Positions 9,155 to 18,652 of a stretch of 27,435 bases of DNA are shown piece by piece. A program made the position numbers and the translations under genes. The notes under the pieces were generated by a model. That model searched no databases and was not told the DNA's origin. It saw only the letters and a program-made list of their open reading frames with translations. Source of the DNA: Planctomycetota bacterium (lineage in GTDB: Bacteria; Planctomycetota; UBA1135); assembly GCA_045047305.1 (NCBI GenBank), contig JASFYO010000014.1:1-27435 (forward strand), in the 5' to 3' direction. Each line of letters starts with the position of its first letter. The first letter of the stretch is position 1.

Positions 9155-10345
9155 ATGAGTTTGATTCAGGAAATACGTCGCTATTGCAGCGACATCGTGG
9201 GCGAGGAGCAACTCGTCAAAATGCTTGAGAAATCGGTAGCGGAAAAAAAGCCGTTGCGGGTGAAATTCGGTATTGACCCAACCTTCCCGGATGTCCACCT
9301 CGGTCATGCGGTACCGATTCGTCTTTTGCGTCTGTTCCAGGAGCATGGGCATTTGCCTATTCTGATTCTTGGCGACGCAACCGCTCGCTTAGGCGATCCA
9401 ACTGGCCGCAATGACCAGCGTCCGCCCTTAACTCCAGAGCAGGTGGAGATTAATGCGAAAACTTACCTAGTGCAGATCGGTAAGTTATTGGATTTGTCGG
9501 AGGGCACATGTGAAGTGCGTCGCAATACAGAGTGGTTCGGACAAATGGATTTCTTCGACTGTTTGCAGTTAGCCGCAAAGTCGACGGCAGCGCGATTGCT
9601 TGAGCGCGACGATTTCCAAAAACGGATGAAGGCAAACCTTCCAGTGCATCTACATGAAATGATGTACCCCTTGATGCAAGGCTTGGACTCGGTAAGGGTT
9701 GAGGCCGACGTTGAACTTGGAGGAAACGATCAGCTGTTTAATTTGCACATGGGGCGTCAAATGCAGGAACGTGAGGGACAACGTCCACAGGTTTGCATCA
9801 CAACCCCATTATTGCTTGGCACCGATGGCCGTAAGATGTCGAAATCCTATGGCAACCACGTGGGCCTCAATGCGTCCGCCGACGATATGTTCGGCAAAGT
9901 GATGTCACTGTCGGATGAGGGCATGAAATCGTGGTTCGAATTAGCCACCCGCATGTCCAGCGTCGATATCCAAACCATGCTCGACGGTCATCCGCGCGCG
10001 GCCAAGGATTGTTTAGCCCGTGCGGTGGTTACGGAACTACATAATAAAGAAGCAGCTGACCAAGCTGCGGCAGAATTTGTGCGCCGCTTCCAGAAGAAGG
10101 AAATTCCCTCTGAAGTCCCTGAGCGGACGATTGCCAGTGGTTCTTATGCCATACCGGCTTTCATGAAAATGGTTGGGCTCGCGCAATCCACATCAGAAGC
10201 TAGGCGTTCAATTGAAGGCGGCGGGGTCAAGTTGGACCAAGCAGTTATCAAGGATGTGAATTTTCAAGTGGTTCTAGAAAACCCCGGTACCAGTGTCTTG
10301 CTTCAAGTTGGCAAGCGTAAGTTCGTCCAAGTTACCGCAGGATAA
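9155..10345 (+). CDS. tyrS: Tyrosine--tRNA ligase
   Basis: KFGIDPT..HLGH (HIGH motif), YPLMQGLDS, GGNDQLFN, KMSKS and C-terminal S4-like STSEARR..QVGKRKF. Confidence 0.97.
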   Translation: MSLIQEIRRYCSDIVGEEQLVKMLEKSVAEKKPLRVKFGIDPTFPDVHLGHAVPIRLLRLFQEHGHLPILILGDATARLGDPTGRNDQRPPLTPEQVEINAKTYLVQIGKLLDLSEGTCEVRRNTEWFGQMDFFDCLQLAAKSTAARLLERDDFQKRMKANLPVHLHEMMYPLMQGLDSVRVEADVELGGNDQLFNLHMGRQMQEREGQRPQVCITTPLLLGTDGRKMSKSYGNHVGLNASADDMFGKVMSLSDEGMKSWFELATRMSSVDIQTMLDGHPRAAKDCLARAVVTELHNKEAADQAAAEFVRRFQKKEIPSEVPERTIASGSYAIPAFMKMVGLAQSTSEARRSIEGGGVKLDQAVIKDVNFQVVLENPGTSVLLQVGKRKFVQVTAG

Positions 10346-12070
10346 CTACTGTAGGCATGGTTCCGGGAAAGGTGCAAGCGGGCGGTCTAATGATTCGGCC
10401 TTCTCTTCCACCGAGTCCGCGTAGCCCATTTCATTGAGCATAGTTTGCTCTTCCGCGCTATAGATGGGGCCTAAGCGCTCCTCCAGTGGCGATATTTTTA
10501 GTTTTCGCGCCTCGATTTCCGAAGCGCGGAAGTCGCGACAAAAAGCATTCACCGCTTCTGCATAGCGTGGATCGGATGGGCTCAATGGTTTCAGCTCTTT
10601 CGGGTCCTGCAAACGGTCAAAAACCAAGTAGGCATCGCCTTGGTTTTTACGCCGCTTGGCCTTTACCGCAATAGCCTCGTCGGTGGTGTTTTCTTGGTCG
10701 TATCCAAATTCGCGCACCACGGTGTACCGACTGGAGCGCCATCCATCGCGCACATTAATCCCACCCCGGCTGGTGCGATACCCGCCACTAAAAATCCGTT
10801 GCAATGCGAAACGTGGTTCACCTCGCCCTTGGATAGTCTCGCGCAAGCTTGCTCCTTCGGCTTCCTGTAGGGCGGGAGCACCCGCGAAATCCAGTAAGGT
10901 GGGTGCGACATCATAGATGCGGCTGATTGCCGGAACGCGGCGTCCTGCTGGTGTTTCCCCTGGCACCCGCAAGATCATTGGAATACGGCATTGTTCTGCA
11001 AAGAGAGTGGAACGATGTCCAATTCCTCTGTGTTCAAAGAACTCATCGCCATGGTCAGCCACCACCATCAGAATGGTATTTTCCCATTGGCCTTGGGCTT
11101 TTAGGGTGTCGATGATGTCGCCGATGTGGCGATCAACCCAATTGATTTCAGCATCGTAAAGCGCAATTACGTGGGACAAATCGCGTTCGCTGATCCGACG
11201 GGTGAAAGGAGCCTTTAAATCCAATACTTTGGGATCGAAATACCAGTTTAATCCCAATACACCTTTTTCCCCACGGTTGTCGAATCCAGGATCGAAGCGG
11301 ATGTTGAGGCCTTCTTCCATGCGCCCAGGGTCATAGTCATAATGGGCATCAAAGTAATGAAGGAAAAGGAAGAAGGGTTCATCCGCCTTTTGTTGCGCAA
11401 GAAACGCTTTCCCAAGTTGGTTGATGCGCGGGGAGGTGATGTCGTAGTGCGACATGCGATCACGCATGCGGTGAATGAACTCCGGCGTCATCGGTTCTTT
11501 GCCCTGTTGCACCCGACGCAAACGCTCTTCCTCCAGCATCAGAGTGAAATCTTCAGCGGTAATCATGCCTGATTGATAATCATCAAATCCTCGTCCGAAG
11601 CCAAATTTTGGGTCCAGATACGGACCGGAGAAGTAGCCAGCGGTATTCCATCCTGCATTTTGCAAATTCTCGGCTAGCGTGGTGCGCAATGGATCCAGCT
11701 TAAAACGATCGGTTTCCACACCATGCCGACGCCCGGTTAGGCCGGTCATCAGGCTCATATGGGTTGGAAGAGTCCAAGAGCTTGTAGTCCAAGCATCGTC
11801 AAAAACCACGCCATCTGCTGCAAGCGCTTCCAAGTTGGGGCTCACCTTTAATTCAGGTGCATATTGCGGGCGATGGCCATAAACACTTAAATGATCGCGT
11901 CGGACCGAATCGATGCTAATCAACACAATGTTCATCGGCTCTCCGGGCCGCTCCACCTGCGCCAATCCTTCACTCGAGTTGTCTTTGCTGCAGGAAAGGA
12001 CGTAACCGGTTAGCACCAAAAGACCGGTAGTTCTAAGTAGGAATCGAATGACGCTAAAGGGAGCAGGCAT
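10346..12070 (-). CDS. Sulfatase-like / alkaline-phosphatase-superfamily lipoprotein
   Basis: NIVLISIDSVRRDHL, SWTLPTHMSLMTG, FFLFLHYFDAH, YDAEI..VD, ADHGDEFFEH and D.APT motifs, with lipobox-like VLSC. Confidence 0.88.
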   Translation of the reverse strand: MPAPFSVIRFLLRTTGLLVLTGYVLSCSKDNSSEGLAQVERPGEPMNIVLISIDSVRRDHLSVYGHRPQYAPELKVSPNLEALAADGVVFDDAWTTSSWTLPTHMSLMTGLTGRRHGVETDRFKLDPLRTTLAENLQNAGWNTAGYFSGPYLDPKFGFGRGFDDYQSGMITAEDFTLMLEEERLRRVQQGKEPMTPEFIHRMRDRMSHYDITSPRINQLGKAFLAQQKADEPFFLFLHYFDAHYDYDPGRMEEGLNIRFDPGFDNRGEKGVLGLNWYFDPKVLDLKAPFTRRISERDLSHVIALYDAEINWVDRHIGDIIDTLKAQGQWENTILMVVADHGDEFFEHRGIGHRSTLFAEQCRIPMILRVPGETPAGRRVPAISRIYDVAPTLLDFAGAPALQEAEGASLRETIQGRGEPRFALQRIFSGGYRTSRGGINVRDGWRSSRYTVVREFGYDQENTTDEAIAVKAKRRKNQGDAYLVFDRLQDPKELKPLSPSDPRYAEAVNAFCRDFRASEIEARKLKISPLEERLGPIYSAEEQTMLNEMGYADSVEEKAESLDRPLAPFPEPCLQ

Positions 12071-12091
12071 GGAATGATTTTAGTCTGGCGC

Positions 12092-13180
12092 TTAAGAATT
12101 ATTGCGCGACGGCATGATACTAATAGGCACTTGCAAAACGGGTGTGTCTTTATCCCCAGTCGGAAGTGCAAGTTTGAAGGCAGCTCCCATTTCGGTTGCG
12201 CTTCCGGTGTAGCGTAAGGTGAAGATACGTTTTTTTGGGTTTACGTCGTAGACTTCAACGACTTCGATATCAGCTTCAAGCCAAGTGTCGAAAGACAATC
12301 CACTTAGGTCTCCAACTTTGGCGCGGTGAGTTACGGTGATTTTTGCCTCCAGGCGGTCGCGCGATGGATCGAAAACCAGGCGGGAAGGACTGAATGAAAG
12401 GTCCGGGCGGGCGTACCCGGTGACGGCTACCTTGATGGGAGGTGCTCCAGACAAATTGGTATGCACAACGAAATGTTTTTGAAAAGAACCTTCGGGCAAA
12501 ACGTCGGGGGCGGTAAAGGTGAGTTGATACGTTTTGCCTGCACCGGCAACGGAGATTTCTTGGCTTTGAATGCTCCAACCTTCATTGGTTACGAAATCGT
12601 CTTCAATGCCAAATTCTTGCGTATCATGCGAAACCACCAAAGCAGTTCCACTTGCTCCTTGCCGTACCCCAATATCGCCTAGCTCCACATTCCACGGCTC
12701 CACCGAGAAGGGGTTCCAAATATCCGCAGCCCACTGCAAAATCATGCCGCTATATTTTGGGAAAACTACCGGCACGGATCCGATTTTTCGCGAGGCTGGA
12801 ATGCGATACCGAGAGGTGTCCAGGGTGAAGTGAATTACCATTTCCTCATCTTCGGCCAAAGTCAGATTGAGGCGTTTCCCATCTAGGCGGCGATGCGCCA
12901 TAGTTCCGCTGCGACTAGGCAGCTCTAACTCCGCCTGTACACATTGGCAGGAAAAGGGGCCAATACGGCTAATCATCAAGGGAGCGCCGGTGATGTTTTT
13001 CATCCGCCAAACCCCGCTCGAGCGCTCGCCAAAGGTCACGGAACCCAAGTCGAGAAAGGCAGGTTCTAGGCTTAGCGGAGCTTCGGCACTGGTGGTTTCG
13101 ACGGCTGGATCGGATGGACTACAGGCCGGTCCTCCCAGAAAAAGGAAACTGGCAATGGCAAGGCATGGGAGAAAGCGCAT
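12092..13180 (-). CDS. DUF1573-like Ig-fold lipoprotein
   Basis: Signal peptide ending in the lipobox-like GPAC. The DLGSV...N.TGAPLMI....SCQC pattern is typical of DUF1573/ASH Ig domains, followed by further beta-rich repeats. Confidence 0.7.
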   Translation of the reverse strand: MRFLPCLAIASFLFLGGPACSPSDPAVETTSAEAPLSLEPAFLDLGSVTFGERSSGVWRMKNITGAPLMISRIGPFSCQCVQAELELPSRSGTMAHRRLDGKRLNLTLAEDEEMVIHFTLDTSRYRIPASRKIGSVPVVFPKYSGMILQWAADIWNPFSVEPWNVELGDIGVRQGASGTALVVSHDTQEFGIEDDFVTNEGWSIQSQEISVAGAGKTYQLTFTAPDVLPEGSFQKHFVVHTNLSGAPPIKVAVTGYARPDLSFSPSRLVFDPSRDRLEAKITVTHRAKVGDLSGLSFDTWLEADIEVVEVYDVNPKKRIFTLRYTGSATEMGAAFKLALPTGDKDTPVLQVPISIMPSRNNS

Positions 13181-13188
13181 GGGGAGAT

Positions 13189-13195
13189 TATCCTA
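13189..13195. promoter_or_regulatory. Symmetric TANNNTA putative bidirectional -10 element (DUF1573 gene/glyA)
   Basis: TATCCT on + overlaps TAGGAT on - in the 46-bp divergent gap. Confidence 0.5.
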
Positions 13196-13226
13196 CCGCA
13201 CTCGGGCAGTCACCGAACCCTCCGTC

Positions 13227-14513
13227 ATGGCATCAGAATCCACCGTTTCATCCTCTCCTTATCCTCACGCCACCGCAGACCCCAAGGTCTATGCTTGCCT
13301 CATGGGCGAATGGGAGCGTCAAGAGGATGGTATCGAGCTCATTGCGAGTGAGAATCAAACCTCGTTGGCGGTCATGGAGGCCATGGGCTCGACTCTCACC
13401 AATAAATATGCGGAAGGTTATCCCGGGCGTAGGTATTACGGTGGTTGCGAAGTGGTCGACGTCGTCGAGGACCTCGCCAAAGATCGTTTGAAGGAACTTT
13501 TTCAAGCTTATGGCGCCAATGTGCAGTGCAGCAGTGGTTCCCAAGCGAATCAAGCGGCATTTTTGGCACTCATTCAACCAGGTGACAAGGTTCTGGCCAT
13601 GGATTTGAACCACGGTGGCCACCTCACTCACGGACATCCCAAAAACGCTTCTGGCGTTTACTACAATTTTGAACACTATGGTGTCACCGAAGCATCGGAA
13701 CGAATTGATTACGATGCCTTGCGCGAGCATGCCTTACGGATGAAGCCAGCTTTATTGTTGGCAGGTGCCAGCGCTTATCCGCGCTTTATCGATTTTGAGC
13801 GTATGGGGACGATTGCTAAAGAAGTGGGCGCGAAGTTCATGGTCGACATGGCTCACATCGCTGGATTGGTGGCGGCCGGTTTGCATCCATCACCAGTGCC
13901 GCACGCAGATGTTTGCACCATGACTACGCATAAGACTTTGCGCGGTCCTCGGGGTGGTGCGATTGTGGCCACCAAAGAATGGATCAAGCAGATCAATTCT
14001 GCGGTGTTCCCTGGCGTGCAGGGCGGACCACTCATGCATGTAGTAGCGGCTAAGGCGATCGCTTTTGGCGAAGCTCTGCAGCCGGAGTTCAAGGATTATC
14101 AGCAACAGGTTTTAGACAACGCGACCGCTTTGGCCGAGGGTTTAGTTTCTCGCGGTTATCGTTTGGTTAGCGGTGGTACCGATAACCATTTAATGTTGGT
14201 GGATCTGCGGGGGCCGCAAGGCCCTGGTATCACTGGTGCGGTTGCGGAAGATACTTTGCATTCTGCGGGTATCACCGTGAACATGAATTTGATTCCGTTT
14301 GACCCTGAAAAACCGATGCACACTTCTGGTATTCGTATTGGGACTCCTGCAGTCACCAGTCGGGGCTTTGGGGTCACGGAAATGGAGTCCTTGGCGGCTT
14401 GGATTGATCAAGCTCTACGGGCAGTTGGAGATGATGCTGTACTTGCGGATATCCGTGCAGAAGTGCGTACCCTGTGCCGTAGCTTTCCAATTTACCCGGA
14501 ACTCAAGGGCTAA
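13227..14513 (+). CDS. glyA: Serine hydroxymethyltransferase
   Basis: [30 protein letters not shown] and the PLP lysine motif [13 protein letters not shown]. Start placed at the ATG at 13227 because the longer ORF overlaps the opposite-strand gene. Confidence 0.97.
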   Translation: MASESTVSSSPYPHATADPKVYACLMGEWERQEDGIELIASENQTSLAVMEAMGSTLTNKYAEGYPGRRYYGGCEVVDVVEDLAKDRLKELFQAYGANVQCSSGSQANQAAFLALIQPGDKVLAMDLNHGGHLTHGHPKNASGVYYNFEHYGVTEASERIDYDALREHALRMKPALLLAGASAYPRFIDFERMGTIAKEVGAKFMVDMAHIAGLVAAGLHPSPVPHADVCTMTTHKTLRGPRGGAIVATKEWIKQINSAVFPGVQGGPLMHVVAAKAIAFGEALQPEFKDYQQQVLDNATALAEGLVSRGYRLVSGGTDNHLMLVDLRGPQGPGITGAVAEDTLHSAGITVNMNLIPFDPEKPMHTSGIRIGTPAVTSRGFGVTEMESLAAWIDQALRAVGDDAVLADIRAEVRTLCRSFPIYPELKG

Positions 14514-14621
14514 GGTAATTCAGATTGAAACTGTCCCTGTATTCATTGTCAGCATGGGATGCGTTGCAAACTGGCCTGACTCCAAATCTTTGTACGATTG
14601 CCAAGGTAACACTCGGCTAGG

Positions 14622-14852
14622 TTGTACCGCTTGGGCACATTCGGGAGCTTCTGTTCCACAGTCTCCTGCATTGCAATATTCCTGTTGGTTATTGCCGTTG
14701 CTACTCTCCTTGGAGTTACGGGTATTCCACCGCTTATGGGCTTCCTCGTTACGGGCCCGCTCGTGGTTGTTTTCCTGATGTCCCTATTGCTCGGGATTAA
14801 GAAATCTGTTCTACAGTGTTCGTTCTGCTGCGCTGTCGTGCAAACGAGTTAA
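14622..14852 (+). pseudogene. Small two-TM protein with C-terminal CxxC, possibly 5'-truncated or frameshifted
   Basis: 76 aa from a TTG start with two hydrophobic segments and KKSVLQCSFCCAVVQTS. There is an in-frame stop at 14607-14609, and Cys-containing fragments lie upstream in other frames. Confidence 0.35.
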
Positions 14853-15049
14853 CGCCAAACTCATCAAGGTTGAGCAAATTGAGGTGCCCATGAGGTCTTT
14901 TACCCACATTTGTCCTGTAAGTTGTACTAGCGGCGGCTAAAAGTACGGTTCCCTGTAGGTGAATGCGACCAATGCGAATGTTGGCTGCTTAGAAGCCCGG
15001 AGAAAACCCCAACGGTATAGGAAAGCTTCTGTTGATAAGATCCAGAGAA

Positions 15050-16117
15050 CTATTCCTGATTTAGGCTTTCGACATATTTTAACCACCGTTCTGAATAAAC
15101 CCCGTGCGCTTCAAACACGCCTTGTTCGGTAATGATGGCACTGATGAGTGCTGCCGGGGTGATATCGAAGGCCGGATTAAAAACGCCGACTCCATTGGGT
15201 TGTGCGGCGACATCATAAAGCTCCGAGGCGGGCCGTTGTTCGATTGGGATATGGCTGCCGGATGAGCAGGTGGCATCAATTGTTGTGCTCGGTGCTAAAA
15301 CGAAAAACGGCACTCCATGATGTCGCGCTAAAACCGCGAGGGGGTAGGTGCCAATTTTATTTGCGACATCACCGTTGGCTGCAATGCGATCGGAACCAAC
15401 AAAAACCAAATCCACCATGCCTTGCGCCAATAAGGTTGCTGCTGCTGAGTCTGGAAGGGTATGCACTTCTATCCCATGGATGGCCAATTCCCAAGCGGTT
15501 AGGCGCGTCCCCTGACGCAGAGGCCGAGTTTCATCGGCATAAACTTTGAGTTTTACGCCGCGGGCATGGGCTAAATGCAGCGGCCCCAAGGCGGTTCCAA
15601 TACCACCCGTGGCGAGGGCGCCAGCATTGCAGTGCGTGAGTACCCGTACGCCGTCAAATAACAGGCCTTGCGCGTGCTCGCTCAGAGCCAAACAGGATTT
15701 CTGATCCGCTAGGTGAAAAGTCTCGGCGGTTTGCAATAACTGCTTGGTCCATGCCGATGCATCGCCATTCCCAGCCTGAGCTAGTTGGCGTCCGAGCTGC
15801 AACTGCATTTCTACACCGACCGACAGATTCACAGCAGTAGGGCGAGCCGCTGCCAACTCGGTGGCGTTTTTCTCAAGCTGCACCAACCAATCTGCGGCTG
15901 AATCATGCTGCGCCAACTCCAGGGTCATAGCGTATGCTGCAGCGCATCCAATGGCTGGAGCGCCACGCACGACCAAGCGCTTCAGGGAATCGACCACCTC
16001 TGCGATGGTGTGTAAGGTGACATACTCCACCACTTCCGGCAGCTGCGTCTGGTCGAGTAAACGCAGGCCATCGTCCGCCCACTCCAAAGTGGAAAAGCCT
16101 AAGTCGGGAGCGTTCAG
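15050..16117 (-). CDS. mtnA: S-methyl-5-thioribose-1-phosphate isomerase
   Basis: [44 protein letters not shown] and NPAFDITP. The start is uncertain: TTG at 16087 or CTG at 16117 overlapping the purE stop. Confidence 0.93.
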   Translation of the reverse strand: MNAPDLGFSTLEWADDGLRLLDQTQLPEVVEYVTLHTIAEVVDSLKRLVVRGAPAIGCAAAYAMTLELAQHDSAADWLVQLEKNATELAAARPTAVNLSVGVEMQLQLGRQLAQAGNGDASAWTKQLLQTAETFHLADQKSCLALSEHAQGLLFDGVRVLTHCNAGALATGGIGTALGPLHLAHARGVKLKVYADETRPLRQGTRLTAWELAIHGIEVHTLPDSAAATLLAQGMVDLVFVGSDRIAANGDVANKIGTYPLAVLARHHGVPFFVLAPSTTIDATCSSGSHIPIEQRPASELYDVAAQPNGVGVFNPAFDITPAALISAIITEQGVFEAHGVYSERWLKYVESLNQE

Positions 16118-16617
16118 GAGTTCAGTTTTTCCTGCAGTGCTGCATCTTTAGCCAGAACCTTGTCATGTTGGGTGATGCGGAACTGTTCCATTTGCTCGGC
16201 AAGGTTTGCGTCCGACAAAGCCATGATGCGCAATGCAGAAAGCGCTGCGTTCATAGGGCCACCGCCGCCAACCGCAACCGCGGTCACTGGGACGCCACCA
16301 GGCATCTGCACGGTGGCCAGCAGCGCGTCTAATCCGCCCAGCGGAGGATTGTCCATCGGAATGCCGATGACCGGCAGGGTGGTGTGGGCTGCAATCACTC
16401 CAGCGAGGTGTGCGGCGCCACCTGCGGCACAAAGCACGACTTGAATGCCAGCTTTCTTAGCTCCAATCGCAAAGGCTGCGGCTTCATCTGGCGTGCGGTG
16501 TGCACTCAAAACGCGGACAATCGGTTCTTCGCCAAAGTCGCGCAAAGTTTTTACAACAGTTTCGAGGCGTGGGTAATCCGAATCGGATCCCATCAAAAGG
16601 GCAACGCGAGCATTCAT
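16114..16617 (-). CDS. purE: N5-carboxyaminoimidazole ribonucleotide mutase
   Basis: [27 protein letters not shown] and VQMPGGVPV. Confidence 0.97.
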   Translation of the reverse strand: MNARVALLMGSDSDYPRLETVVKTLRDFGEEPIVRVLSAHRTPDEAAAFAIGAKKAGIQVVLCAAGGAAHLAGVIAAHTTLPVIGIPMDNPPLGGLDALLATVQMPGGVPVTAVAVGGGGPMNAALSALRIMALSDANLAEQMEQFRITQHDKVLAKDAALQEKLNS

Positions 16618-17216
16618 GATTTTGGTGTCAGAGCGTGACGAAGTAATTCTTGGAAGTCGGCATCGGCGCCGAGGGTTGCAACAGCAGATTTGGCGCCATC
16701 ACGGGCAGCACTCGGAGGTGTGCCTAGTTCCAGCAGGACTCGTTCCAAGTCGTTTGGAACAGTAGATTCGCTGGGGCTGGTGGGGGTTCCGTCAAACAGA
16801 GGAGCCGAGGGCATCAAGTCACTGAGGTGATCGCGCAATTCCACGATTAAGCGTTCGGCGGTTTTTTTGCCGACCCCCTTCATTGCGGTTAGGCGTTTTT
16901 GATCCCCATCAAGGATGGCGCGAACCATTTCTTCTGGTGGGAGAGAACTTAATAAGCCTAGAGCTGAAGTCGGACCAATACCGTTGACTTGAAGCAGGCG
17001 ACGGAACAAAGCGCGTTCGGCGGCGCTTTGAAATCCAAACAACACTTGATTGGTTTCACTGACTGCCAGGTGCACCAGCATTTTGGTTTCTTCACCAAGC
17101 TTGAGGCTTTGTGCACACGGTTTTGAAACCATGAGACAAAAACCGACTCCCCGTACATCGAGCACGGCCGCGCCGAGGCGGATTTCCTCGACGCGGCCGT
17201 GCAAGTATTCGTACAC
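16614..17216 (-). CDS. ruvA: Holliday junction branch migration protein RuvA
   Basis: MYEYLHG..DVRGVGF, LFGF...ER.LF and HhH motifs VNGIGPTSAL and KGVGKKTAERLIVEL. GTG start. Confidence 0.96.
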   Translation of the reverse strand: MYEYLHGRVEEIRLGAAVLDVRGVGFCLMVSKPCAQSLKLGEETKMLVHLAVSETNQVLFGFQSAAERALFRRLLQVNGIGPTSALGLLSSLPPEEMVRAILDGDQKRLTAMKGVGKKTAERLIVELRDHLSDLMPSAPLFDGTPTSPSESTVPNDLERVLLELGTPPSAARDGAKSAVATLGADADFQELLRHALTPKS

Positions 17217-17222
17217 CGAGAG

Positions 17223-18590
17223 TTACTCCCCGTTGTACTCTTCGCCGCGCCCACTGCGCAGACGCAAGCCGAAATCAACCAGCTTGTTCTGCAACTCGTT
17301 GAGCGAGGTAATGCCGAAGTTCGGCATGCCGAGTAAGTCTTCCTCGGAGTAAAGCAGGATGTCGCCAACGCGTTGGAGATTCAAACGTTCCACTAAAGCG
17401 CGGTGGCAACGCACCGACAAGTTCAGGGTGGAGATTTGCAACTCTAAGGCCTCACGCATTTCTTCGCTAAGAGGGCCAAGCCATGCCAGTTCGGATTCGA
17501 GGTCCACCGAACGGGCGGCATCGAATTCTTCAGGAATGATGAAACTGCCGTCCTCGCGCCGCATGCCGAGACGGAGACCCTTCTGGGTCAACACGCGCTT
17601 TATTTCGTTCAGCGAAGTCTCGCCAAAGTTTTTGAACTCAAGCAGTTCAGGCTCCGAGTGCGAAACCAAATCGCCGAGCGACTTGATGTCCATGTTGCTC
17701 AGACAGTTGCGCGCACGCACCGAAAGCTCGAAATCGGAGATAGGAGTGCGCAGAACCTTCATCAGCTGGTCTTCTTTCAGCTCAAGGTTCTCATCGTAGA
17801 ACATGTCTAGCGAATCATGTGAGTCGGTGAAGAACAAACGTGCCAGGGCATTGTTTGGATCACGACGCAGCACTGCACCAAAGCAACCGCAGGCGCGTTC
17901 AAAGTCGTTGCGGTCTTCGTAAAGCACCCCAAGGTTGACTAGAACAGAAACCGGGATTGGACGCGTGAGCAAGAAGCTCTCGTACATGCGAATGGCCGCT
18001 TCATCATCACCGAACAAATCGGCACGATAGGCGAGACGGAAGCGCGCAGCAAAGTGTTCTGGATCAAGCTCGATGACTTCTTCCAACTTGGCCATCGCAG
18101 CTTCGTATTCGCGCTCTAGCTCGAGCACGCGGGCGGCGAAGTAGAGCGCATCAGGCGCATCTAACTTGGCTGCACCATGCGCCTTTTGGAAGCCATCGCT
18201 ATCGTTGGCGCCGAGGTAGGCATGCAAAGTTGCTGCAGCAAGCGCGGTGTCACCGGATTGCTCACAACCAGTCAGGGTCGCAACTGCGGAGTCATATTGA
18301 CCCAGCTCGTATTGACTCATTCCGGTAATGAACACCGCGAGTTCACCGTCGCCTTCTACAGCCTCGAGTGCTTTGGCGTAATCGCCAACCACCCAAGAAC
18401 CGAGAGCGGCCATGGTGTTGTTGCCACCAGCACGTGCTTCGCGTACTGCAGATTCGAACTTATCAGTCGAATCTGCATTGGCCATAAAGCGCTTGTGCGC
18501 TTGGACCAAATCAAAGGGGGTGCTTGGAGGTGCAGCGAAAAAGGCTGCAGGGTCGGCGGCAGGGGCCTGGGGAGCTTCCACTTGGCTCAT
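17223..18590 (-). CDS. TPR-repeat protein with two tandem RNA polymerase alpha-subunit C-terminal domains
   Basis: TPR consensus segments (ALYFAARVLE.....AM..LEEVIELDPEH; VLVNLGVLYEDRNDFERA...F..VL..DPNN) followed by two alphaCTD copies (ELSVRARNCL..KNFGETSLNEI; NLSVRCHRAL..PNFGITSLNEL). No alphaNTD, so it is not rpoA itself. Confidence 0.88.
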   Translation of the reverse strand: MSQVEAPQAPAADPAAFFAAPPSTPFDLVQAHKRFMANADSTDKFESAVREARAGGNNTMAALGSWVVGDYAKALEAVEGDGELAVFITGMSQYELGQYDSAVATLTGCEQSGDTALAAATLHAYLGANDSDGFQKAHGAAKLDAPDALYFAARVLELEREYEAAMAKLEEVIELDPEHFAARFRLAYRADLFGDDEAAIRMYESFLLTRPIPVSVLVNLGVLYEDRNDFERACGCFGAVLRRDPNNALARLFFTDSHDSLDMFYDENLELKEDQLMKVLRTPISDFELSVRARNCLSNMDIKSLGDLVSHSEPELLEFKNFGETSLNEIKRVLTQKGLRLGMRREDGSFIIPEEFDAARSVDLESELAWLGPLSEEMREALELQISTLNLSVRCHRALVERLNLQRVGDILLYSEEDLLGMPNFGITSLNELQNKLVDFGLRLRSGRGEEYNGE

Positions 18591-18645
18591 TCTTAGATCT
18601 CGTTTTACCAATGTCCGAAGGGACGAATGGCCGCGTATTGTAGGT

Positions 18646-18652
18646 TCTCGGC
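18646..18652. promoter_or_regulatory. Symmetric TANNNTA putative bidirectional -10 element (alphaCTD gene/murA)
   Basis: TATTGT on + overlaps TACAAT on -. The minus-strand element is followed by GC-rich ACGCGGCC. Confidence 0.55.

Noticed and set aside
12867..13226. 120-aa N-terminal extension of glyA in the ORF track
   Set aside because: It overlaps the opposite-strand DUF1573-like gene, SHMT similarity begins after the ATG at 13227, and a -10 element lies at 13189
14299..14778. 159-aa ORF spanning the glyA 3' end
   Set aside because: It overlaps glyA out of frame and has no recognisable protein features
17223..18590. Calling this gene rpoA
   Set aside because: No alpha N-terminal dimerisation domain and not in the rpsM-rpsK-rplQ context
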